Below are positions 41,128 to 49,000 of a stretch of 64,000 bases of DNA, in pieces. The first letter of the stretch is position 1. Each line of letters begins with the position of its first letter. This DNA comes from Sedimentisphaerales bacterium (lineage in GTDB: Bacteria > Planctomycetota > Phycisphaerae > Sedimentisphaerales > SM23-30). The stretch spans positions 64,001 through 128,000 of the forward strand of contig CAXXFK010000018.1 in the NCBI GenBank assembly GCA_963663965.2, given 5' to 3'. The notes under the pieces are model-generated. The model had not been told where the DNA came from. It did not search any database and worked only from the letters and a program-made list of their open reading frames with translations. Made by a program: the position numbers and the translations under genes.

Positions 41128-41152
41128 CGTGATGTTAGTTGTATTTTGAGAA

Positions 41153-41926
41153 TTAAGGGACAACAATATCCGTTCTTGGTTCAAAACCTTTATGCCATGA
41201 CAGGGTCCACAAATCAGCTAATTTGACTGCCTCCGCATGGCCATCCAGGAATGAAACGGTAATGGCTTTATTATGACGGTTCAGCCAGAACCGGCCCATA
41301 TTGGTGTTCATACCACCCTGATAATATCCTGTTTCCAGGTAAGATTCGGTTTTAGTAAATGTTGGATTGTCAGTGTCCAACGGCCAGCCATCCACCCAAA
41401 CGCAATCGGCAAACACGGGCACCTCTGCACCATGCTTGACACTTTCAGCGTTGTTACCGAAATCTCTGGTTTGATAAGATGCGGCATATGGATCATCCGG
41501 GCCATACAGCCAGCCGTTAATACCGTAACTACCATGACTACGAACGCCGCCGCTTGGATTCCAATCCCATGGACGTTTTACCGTTCCAATGTAATCATTT
41601 TGGGGATTATTGGGCAAATCGATGTTTTCATAAGGTGCTTTGGTACAGAATCGGTTTGCAGATACCTTATCAATAGACTGGGCTATCGAATTCATCCATA
41701 AGTTTTTGGTGTTATAGCTGTCCTGATAGGGCAGAAGCTTGCCATCATAGTTGGCAAAATAAAGTTCCAGCGCCTGTCTTAATGTGCGGTTATTATTTAA
41801 GCAGACTTGAGTTTTTGCCTGTTCCCTGGCTTTACCCAGCGCCGGCATTAAGATTGCCACCAGCAAGGCGATGATCGATATGACCACGAGTAACTCAATT
41901 AACGTAAAGGCTTTTTTGTTTTTCAT
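41153..41926 (-). CDS. Prepilin-type N-methylation / H-X9-DG domain protein (DUF1559-like)
   Basis: '[25 protein letters not shown]'; '[14 protein letters not shown]'. Confidence 0.88.
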   Translation of the reverse strand: MKNKKAFTLIELLVVISIIALLVAILMPALGKAREQAKTQVCLNNNRTLRQALELYFANYDGKLLPYQDSYNTKNLWMNSIAQSIDKVSANRFCTKAPYENIDLPNNPQNDYIGTVKRPWDWNPSGGVRSHGSYGINGWLYGPDDPYAASYQTRDFGNNAESVKHGAEVPVFADCVWVDGWPLDTDNPTFTKTESYLETGYYQGGMNTNMGRFWLNRHNKAITVSFLDGHAEAVKLADLWTLSWHKGFEPRTDIVVP

Positions 41927-42214
41927 TGGATTTGTCCATAAAATAACATAAGAATTATTTATTTAACCGAATTCTTCAGATCAGTTGTTATATGAAATTT
42001 ATTTTGGCCAGGATTACAAATTATGTGACATAATAAATTGATCAACTCTCTCTATTTTTTTCGATGATTTCCTGGGATTTTAAAGTTTTTGGTTGCTTAA
42101 TTGTATAATATTTCTATTTTGTTGCTTTTTGGGCTAATATTATCGCGTTCAGGCGTATGTTTTATTATTTAAAAAATATTGAAACTTACTCAGATTGAAA
42201 TAGGTAATTTGATG

Positions 42215-43042
42215 CTATTTGAGCAGGCTGGCGAAATTGGGGTAGCTGGTCAGGATGTCGTTGGCAGGGCGTACCTTATAGCCTCGATGCCAGGGTAAAG
42301 TCCATAATTCCGCCAGATCGATCCGTTCGACATGGGCATCCACAAATCCAACATTGATTTTTTTGTTATGCCGGTCGATACAGATTCTGCGCATGCCATT
42401 ATCGAAATTGATGTAGCCATCATCGTCAGTGATTGAAACCGGAGGGGCATTATTGGAAAGCGGCCAGCTATCAACCCAGATGCCGTCCATGAAAATGGGG
42501 GTGTTGGAGCGGACCTTGGAAAATTTCTTTCCATAATAATAATTATCATAGGGGTCGCCTTTGGGGCCGTAATAACCTGGTTGTTCCACCCAGGCGTTGA
42601 TGGTATAGGAGCCGGTTGAACTGCTCAAGGCGCCCAATCCGGAACTGAAATTGGCTTTCCAGGGGCGATTAAAAGAGCCGTAATAGGTAGTGGCTTCCTT
42701 GATCACTTTGGGGCAATGAAGGATTTCCATGACCCCTTCACGGTATCTTTCCGGGTCGCTTTTATAGCCTTTTACGCCCATGTATTCAGCCAGTTCGTCA
42801 TACCAGTAGTATGAAACGGCGCCGCCTGGATTGTTGCCACCGACTACCAGAACCGCATCGTCGTTGGCGTCGGCATAATAGATCATGCCGAAGACCATTT
42901 GCCGGATTCGATTGGAACAAACCGAAGCCCGACTCTGGTCACGCGCTTTGCCCAGCGCCGGCATCAGTATGGCTACCAATAAGGCGATAATGGAAATAAC
43001 GACCAATAATTCAATCAAAGTAAAGGCTTTTTTATGGTTCAT
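42215..43042 (-). CDS. Prepilin-type N-methylation / H-X9-DG domain protein (DUF1559-like)
   Basis: '[14 protein letters not shown]'; 'RHNKKINVGFVDAH'; tandem paralogue of the 41153 gene. Confidence 0.88.
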   Translation of the reverse strand: MNHKKAFTLIELLVVISIIALLVAILMPALGKARDQSRASVCSNRIRQMVFGMIYYADANDDAVLVVGGNNPGGAVSYYWYDELAEYMGVKGYKSDPERYREGVMEILHCPKVIKEATTYYGSFNRPWKANFSSGLGALSSSTGSYTINAWVEQPGYYGPKGDPYDNYYYGKKFSKVRSNTPIFMDGIWVDSWPLSNNAPPVSITDDDGYINFDNGMRRICIDRHNKKINVGFVDAHVERIDLAELWTLPWHRGYKVRPANDILTSYPNFASLLK

Positions 43043-43606
43043 GCTGAGAAGTCCTGATATTTAATTTAAAAGTTTCGTTATCAATATCCACACCCGGGCT
43101 GGAAACTGGTACAAATTCGAAATTTCACAATATATTATTGAGATGTAAAAGCGAACAAAAAAGCAGTCAGGTATATTAATTCTCCCCATGCTACTACTGC
43201 GAAAATCAAAGACACTTGATCAGAGCGTTGGCGAATGATACAAGAAAACGGATCATAAAATCTTATCGGTTATTTCCAGAAAACGTGAACTTGATCCTTT
43301 AATTATAGCCTACCGGAAAAATTTTTGGAATTGATGAGGGTAAGCTAATAATGGATAATAGTAATTTGTCTCCTTTTACGCATGAGCATGATATTTCTTG
43401 GGGAATTTCTTCATGGTCTGCCAAAGAGATGTAAGGGAAGGCAAGGGGTTTGTATTTTGTAAGTCTATTTAAAATAGTTAATTACAGTTTATTTTGGGCA
43501 CATTCTTCATTTTGGATAATGTTCTTGCCTTAATTTAAGCTAATTTGGCATCAAATATCGGTCGATCTGAAGATTGTAAATTACAGCTTCAGGAGATGGA
43601 TTTCAT

Positions 43607-44014
43607 ATGTCATATTTAGAATGGACTGACACGCTTTCTGTGGGTGTGACCAAAATCGATCAGGAACATCAGCAGTTAGTTAAAATTGTCAATACGCTTT
43701 ATGAAGCGGTAATGGCCCGTAAAAGTCAGGAAATACTCAAGCCGATCCTTTTTGAAATGGCCAAATATGCAGCCAGCCATTTCTGTACTGAAGAAACCTA
43801 TATGGATCATTACGGGTATCCGGCGATGGATGCTCATGTTCAGGAGCATCAGAATTTTGTAAATAAAATTGAGCAGTTTGTTCAGCAATTTGAAGCTGGT
43901 AAGCTATTTCTTACTACCGAAATAATGGATTTTCTAAAGAACTGGCTTATCAATCATATTCAGGGAACAGACAAAAAATACACAGCATTTTTTCATCAAA
44001 ATGGTTTGCACTAG
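43607..44014 (+). CDS. Bacteriohemerythrin
   Basis: 'IDQEH', 'HFCTEE', 'HVQEH', 'WLINHIQGTD' di-iron ligands. Confidence 0.93.
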   Translation: MSYLEWTDTLSVGVTKIDQEHQQLVKIVNTLYEAVMARKSQEILKPILFEMAKYAASHFCTEETYMDHYGYPAMDAHVQEHQNFVNKIEQFVQQFEAGKLFLTTEIMDFLKNWLINHIQGTDKKYTAFFHQNGLH

Positions 44015-44053
44015 TATAAAAAATTCACCTAACCCTTGAGAAAGGAGCAAATT

Positions 44054-44467
44054 ATGGCATTTTTTCAATGGACACCTGAGTTATCTGTCGGCATTCAGGA
44101 TATCGATCTACAGCATAAGAAACTGGTTGATCTGATCAACCGGCTTTATGATGCGATTAAAAGCCGTCAAGCCGGCCAGATCCTCGAAACGATTCTGGCG
44201 GATCTGGTTGATTATACGGTCACCCACTTTACTTATGAAGAAATGTTTCTGGATAAAAATGGTTATCCAGAATTGGCGGCCCACAAACCCAAGCACAACA
44301 ATTTTGTCGCAAAGATAAAACAGTATATGGAAGATCATAAATCCGGTAAACTGTTTCTCTCGACTGAAATTATGGATTTTCTGAAAGACTGGCTGACCTC
44401 TCATATCATGGGGACAGACAAGGAATATGCCAAGTACTTTAGTGAGAAGGGTTTGGTTGCAGTATAG
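44054..44467 (+). CDS. Bacteriohemerythrin
   Basis: 'IDLQH', 'HFTYEE', 'HKPKH', 'WLTSHIMGTD'; AAGGAG RBS. Confidence 0.93.
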   Translation: MAFFQWTPELSVGIQDIDLQHKKLVDLINRLYDAIKSRQAGQILETILADLVDYTVTHFTYEEMFLDKNGYPELAAHKPKHNNFVAKIKQYMEDHKSGKLFLSTEIMDFLKDWLTSHIMGTDKEYAKYFSEKGLVAV

Positions 44468-44500
44468 TATCGCGGCTTCGATCCATTCGGTTGTAAAATC

Positions 44501-44529
44501 AAAGGGAATCCATAGTGATTCCCTTTTTT
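44501..44529 (+). terminator. Rho-independent terminator
   Basis: AAAGGGAATC-CATAGT-GATTCCCTTT plus T run. Confidence 0.75.
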
Positions 44530-44659
44530 AATATTTTTTAAAATTATTGCTGGTATCGGTTGATATCCTGCGTATAAAATTTGTGAGAAACCTTCCTTCA
44601 ATTTATGTTTACATAACATAACTCACTATTTGACAAACCTTTTGATAAGGAGCAGTTTT

Positions 44660-45619
44660 ATGAAAACCCGTATTAGCATTGCGTTAATTATCGTGGTATG
44701 CCTGGCAATGACCGGTACTGAAATATATGGTCAAGGTTGGGGTGGGCCTCAAGGTGGATGGAATCAGCAGCAGGACCAGCAGAATCAGCAGGGTAGCTGG
44801 GGTCAGCAGCGGGGCCAGGGCGGTGGTTGGGGTAACCAGGGTCAGGGCCAGGGTGGCGGTTGGGGTGGGCCTGGCCAGGGACAACAAGGCGGCTGGGGCG
44901 GCCCCGGTCAGGGCAATATGCAACAGCGTGGCGGTTTTGGCCAGCAGGGTGGCGATCGCATGCAGCAGATGCAGGACCGCATGCAGCAGATGAGTGAGGA
45001 ATTGATGAATTTTCTGAATAAATATGCTCCCAATGCCGCTCGCGAAGTCAATGCCCTGCGTAATCAGGATAACAACCAGTATATGCAGAAGATGATGGAA
45101 TACCGCCGCAGTTATGGCCAGGTATTGTCTTATTCCGATACCAATCCGGAACTCTGTAAGGCTTGTGTCGCCCGAGTTGCCTTGCAGGATCAAGTGGATG
45201 CCACGGTGGATTCTCTGAGCGCCAACGCGAATAACGCGACCGCTTTGCAGCAGTCGCAACGTACCCTGTACAATCAATTGGGTACCCTTTTTGATGCCAT
45301 CGTCAAGGAGCAGCAGGGATTGTTGTTTGAAATGAAAAAAGAGCTGACCGCCAATAATGGCAATAACAACAATCAAATGGCACAACAGGATCAGCAACAA
45401 CAGCAAGGCCGTGGTAATCGTGGCAACAATATGATGGGTAATTTTGGTCAACGTGGCGGCTTTGGCGGTTTTGGCCGTGGACCGGTTACTCAGGAACGTT
45501 TGCAACAGCGTGAAGCGGATATCAAGAGTTGGGCAACCAATAAAGAAAAACTGGTTAAGCTTCGCTTTGATGAATTGACCATCAATGTGTCCAGATTCCC
45601 ATGGGATTCCGGCTTCTAA
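44660..45619 (+). CDS. Secreted Gln/Gly/Asn-rich low-complexity protein
   Basis: Signal peptide; GGWG repeats; AAGGAG RBS. Confidence 0.75.
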   Translation: MKTRISIALIIVVCLAMTGTEIYGQGWGGPQGGWNQQQDQQNQQGSWGQQRGQGGGWGNQGQGQGGGWGGPGQGQQGGWGGPGQGNMQQRGGFGQQGGDRMQQMQDRMQQMSEELMNFLNKYAPNAAREVNALRNQDNNQYMQKMMEYRRSYGQVLSYSDTNPELCKACVARVALQDQVDATVDSLSANANNATALQQSQRTLYNQLGTLFDAIVKEQQGLLFEMKKELTANNGNNNNQMAQQDQQQQQGRGNRGNNMMGNFGQRGGFGGFGRGPVTQERLQQREADIKSWATNKEKLVKLRFDELTINVSRFPWDSGF

Positions 45620-45653
45620 AAATAATTTGGGCCATATCGTTTTAACCATCCGG

Positions 45654-45685
45654 AAAGCCCGGTCAGTAAAGACCGGGTTTTTTTT
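45654..45685 (+). terminator. Rho-independent terminator
   Basis: AAGCCCGGTC-AGTAAA-GACCGGGTTT plus T run. Confidence 0.75.
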
Positions 45686-45696
45686 AGTTATTCTCA

Positions 45697-45896
45697 GAGC
45701 CCCTACCTGAATGAGTTTTCTACTAAGACCGGCTGCACAAGTCGTCCGCAGTGTTCTCGGGACCCAACATCCTCGACAATCCATAGAAGGGTGGCCTGCG
45801 GGTGTTTGATCCCTGCGGTTTGCTTGAGGCGGATCTTCGACCTTGCTGACCACTTTTTCGCCCGGTCTCGCCACAAAAACATTTTGTCAGGCACTC
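45697..45896. mobile_element. MITE, copy A of the GAGTGCCTGAC family (left TIR degenerate)
   Basis: Colinear similarity to 55098-55274; right end CATTTTGTCAGGCACTC. Confidence 0.65.
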
Positions 45897-45918
45897 TGAA
45901 AAGCCCGGAAAGACCAAG

Positions 45919-46099
45919 GGGAACCGCTAAAAATTCATTCTGGGCTGCAAGCAGGCACTCCGCGTGCAGCGAAATAGTGTTTCCCTCAGGGCAGTGTCAC
46001 AAAAAACCATAAATAGAGTCACATGTGCTCGGATCATGGATTCTTTACAGAGAAAAACCATCTTTGCTTTTGCCGCTAAAGCCATTTTTAGAGGTACCC
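45919..46099. mobile_element. MITE with GGG(A/T)ACC(G/T)CTAAAAAT TIRs
   Basis: 16-bp TIRs with 2 mismatches; internal similarity to the element starting at 47835. Confidence 0.6.
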
Positions 46100-46100
46100 T

Positions 46101-46136
46101 AAAAAAAAGCCCATGGTTGATTTAACCACGGGCTTT
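46101..46136 (-). terminator. Rho-independent terminator of the histone-like gene
   Basis: AAAGCCCATGGTT..AACCACGGGCTTT stem with an A run on the plus strand. Confidence 0.7.
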
Positions 46137-46177
46137 GCGGACAATGATATTTTCCTTTCGCGAAAAAATACCAGTCC

Positions 46178-46429
46178 TTAAATATCCTGGGGTTTCAGAG
46201 TCGAACGGCGATTGGCCTCAACACGCTGAAGGGCCTTGTCCAGAGCGCAATACAGACTGTCAGAGATCGCCTGAATCGCGTCTGAACTGCACATGCAACC
46301 TTTGGAGCGAACATAAGCTTTGACTTTGCTGGCAACTACCAGAACTTCTTTGGGAGAAGCACATTTTTTAGTACCACAAGACTTGGCGGCAGCTTTTTTG
46401 GTTGCTTTTTTGGCGGCTTTCTTTGCCAT
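46178..46429 (-). CDS. Bacterial histone-fold protein with Lys/Ala-rich N-terminal tail (83 aa)
   Basis: 'EVLVVASKVK' and 'RSTLKPQDI' (RxTxxxxD) resemble Bdellovibrio Bd0055-type histones; GGAGG RBS; own terminator. Confidence 0.85.
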   Translation of the reverse strand: MAKKAAKKATKKAAAKSCGTKKCASPKEVLVVASKVKAYVRSKGCMCSSDAIQAISDSLYCALDKALQRVEANRRSTLKPQDI

Positions 46430-46942
46430 GTTTGAATCCTCCATGAAAGTAGGAAGTTAATAAGAACAATTAATCCATTAAGGGGAATTTTCTATCTTTC
46501 AATCGGCAATTTCAACAAAAAAACATCGAAAAAACAGAGAAATTGTCTGAAAAGGGCCATTTAGGGGCTTTTTGGGGCAGTTTCAGGATTTTGTAACCAT
46601 AAAAATGATCTCGAAATACTAATTTAAGGCGTTTTTATGGTACTTTCAAGGTGTTTACCAAAGCCTGTTAACCATGAACCAGGGCTTTTAATGGGGATTG
46701 ACGCGTCAATTGGGCTTTCAAAGACCGGATTGAGATACGAAATTCACAGTATTTTTGTTTGATTCCCAGTGAAAATGACTTTAGGCGGTGGCCTCAAGGC
46801 ATAAATTAACATTTTTCTGATAAAATTACTAAAAAACGCTTGCTGATTTGGACGAAAGAGGTAAAAGATTTATCTAGCAAAGGTGGCACACGTTGTTTTA
46901 CCGGAGTAATACCATGATGAGCAGTTATATAAGCTGGAGGGC

Positions 46943-47329
46943 ATGAGGTTGTTTATGAGCTCAGATAACTATGTAACCTTGATTGTAGCAAAGGACCCGG
47001 AAGAGGCTGAATACTATCAGACACTTCTGGAAGATCATGATATCGACGTCTACGTTGATGAAGATGCTGTCGATGAAGAAGGCGGTATTGCCGTGATGGT
47101 GCCAGATGACACCCTGGAAGACGCGCAGCATATTCTGGAACAGCGTGACACGATTGATGAGGAACTGGATATGGAATATGATGACGAATTCGAAGATGAA
47201 GACGAAGAGGATGAAGATTTTGACGGTTATGAGGAGATTGATGAGGATGAGGAAGATGACGAATATTACGATGATGAGGAAGAAGAAGAGGATGACTATT
47301 ATGAGGATGATAGTGACGAATATTATTAA
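46943..47329 (+). CDS. DUF2007-like domain protein with very acidic D/E/Y tail
   Basis: 'EAEYYQTLLEDHDIDVYV..VMVP....EDA..IL' then ~55 residues mostly D/E. Confidence 0.65.
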   Translation: MRLFMSSDNYVTLIVAKDPEEAEYYQTLLEDHDIDVYVDEDAVDEEGGIAVMVPDDTLEDAQHILEQRDTIDEELDMEYDDEFEDEDEEDEDFDGYEEIDEDEEDDEYYDDEEEEEDDYYEDDSDEYY

Positions 47330-47405
47330 TCAAGTCACCCCCGTTTTCGACGGATAATATATATGTAGTCAAAATAATTTGGAACCCGGATAAAAGAGAA
47401 TAAAG

Positions 47406-47834
47406 GTGTTACCCATGATGGATCAAAATGACCTGCTTGTCGATGAGCAGGAGGGGATTTTTGACGAGACACAGCAGCGCCAGAACGATCAGGATCGCCG
47501 CGCCAGTTCTGAGCGGCGTTGCGGTTTGGACCGGCGATCGATGCAATTGCCTTATGAAGGCCCGGATCGCAGGCAACAGGATGAAGAACGACGCAGCAGT
47601 TGGGATCGCAGGCGCGGTCCCGGACGCCGACGGACGGATGAGCGCCGCTCGGCCGAAGAAGGCGAAATGAGTGACGAGCAATTCGAATATCTCAAAGCGA
47701 TCGAGGAGTATAAAAAGGTCAATCGCCGGCCATTTCCATCGTTTACTGAAATCCTGGAAATTATCAAAGCAATGGGGTATCGTAAGGTTGAAGAAGCCGT
47801 GCCCATAAGTACTCTCAAACGGGTAGAAGATTAA
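47406..47834 (+). CDS. Hypothetical protein with ERR/DRR repeats and conserved-looking helical C-terminus
   Basis: 'ERRCGLDRR', 'ERRSAEEGEMSDEQFEYLKAIEEYK...RPFPSFTEILE....MGYRK'. Confidence 0.7.
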   Translation: MLPMMDQNDLLVDEQEGIFDETQQRQNDQDRRASSERRCGLDRRSMQLPYEGPDRRQQDEERRSSWDRRRGPGRRRTDERRSAEEGEMSDEQFEYLKAIEEYKKVNRRPFPSFTEILEIIKAMGYRKVEEAVPISTLKRVED

Positions 47835-48020
47835 GGGTGCCTCTGAAAATTAATTCAGGGTTGCAAGCGGGCATTCCGCGTGCAGCGGGACAAGCATTTC
47901 TTTCTAAACGGCATCATAAAAAACCGTGAATATTTACAAAACTGATTGGGCGGTCCATGATTTGTTTTTAAATTCTTTATCTTCATAAGATTTTGACGTT
48001 GCGGTTCTATTCACTTTTTG
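47835..48020. mobile_element. Degenerate MITE copy (family of 45919-46099); right end uncertain
   Basis: Starts GGGTGCCTCTGAAAAT directly after the stop codon; shares TGCAAGC(A/G)GGCA(C/T)TCCGCGTGCAGCG. Confidence 0.5.
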
Positions 48021-48183
48021 AATGATATCAGCCATTCGCGAGAATGGTATATTTTATATCTATATGATATATGGCTAGTTATGTTGTTTTTTGTAAAACT
48101 TGTTGGTTATCATTCTTAGCTAATTAATGATCTGGCGATTGGCGGTTGAATTTTCGGTCCTGTATCGGTTGTAACGATTAAAT

Positions 48184-48210
48184 TAAGTACGGTAATCCGT
48201 TCGCCGATAT
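48184..48210 (+). promoter_or_regulatory. Sigma28-like promoter TAAG-N15-GCCGATAT
   Basis: Near-consensus match 44 bp upstream of the DUF4956 gene. Confidence 0.6.
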
Positions 48211-48254
48211 TAGAGGGGTGAAAGGATCAATAAAGAAATGAAAGGCCAAGAGAG

Positions 48255-48998
48255 ATGAATGGGCAAACGGCCACTGAACAAATTATGAATTCAGACAAGG
48301 TTCAGGGAACTCAACTCTGGATCGAACAGATTCTCAAAGATTCCATTGGCTCAGGTTTTCAGCTGACGATGCCGGGCTTTATCTTCAATCTCATCCTGGG
48401 GGCGATCTTAAGCTATTTCCTGGGATGGTTGTATATCCGGTTTGGCAAAACGCTTTCGGACCGGCGGACCTTTGCCCGGCAGTTTATTATGCTGACCCTG
48501 ATCACGATGTTGATCATATCCATTGTCAAATCGTCCCTGGCGCTTTCGATGGGGCTGGTGGGCGCTTTATCGATTGTTCGATTCCGGGCCGCAATTAAAG
48601 AACCCGAGGAACTGATCTATTTGTTTTTTGCAATTGGCATCGGTCTGGGATTGGGAGCGGACCTTTGGATGTATACGGTTGTTGCATTTGTTTTTATCGG
48701 GTTGATTATTGTTTTGCGCGGCATGCGACACGAAAAAGACGATCACCAGAATTTACACATCGTCATCCGCAGCCGACTGGATGACGGGATTTCTCTCAAA
48801 CAGATCGTCGATACCTTGAAACCCGCGTGTGAGGGATTGGATCTAAAGCGCTACGATGAGACGGGGACCGGTCTGGAAGCCGTATTTCAAGTGGAGTATA
48901 AAGATTTCGCTCAGCTTGACCAGAGCCGGGAATCATTGTTAAAACTGGGGCAGGACATTCGGCTGGCTTTTGTTGATCAACAGGGATTATTGCATTAG
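48255..48998 (+). CDS. DUF4956 domain membrane protein
   Basis: 'SLALSMGLVGALSIVRFRAAIKEPEEL.YLF..I..GL..G'. Confidence 0.88.
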   Translation: MNGQTATEQIMNSDKVQGTQLWIEQILKDSIGSGFQLTMPGFIFNLILGAILSYFLGWLYIRFGKTLSDRRTFARQFIMLTLITMLIISIVKSSLALSMGLVGALSIVRFRAAIKEPEELIYLFFAIGIGLGLGADLWMYTVVAFVFIGLIIVLRGMRHEKDDHQNLHIVIRSRLDDGISLKQIVDTLKPACEGLDLKRYDETGTGLEAVFQVEYKDFAQLDQSRESLLKLGQDIRLAFVDQQGLLH

Positions 48999-49000
48999 TT

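Noticed and set aside
44684..45874. 396-aa minus-strand ORF
   Set aside because: Antisense shadow of the Q/G-rich gene, running through a terminator and a MITE
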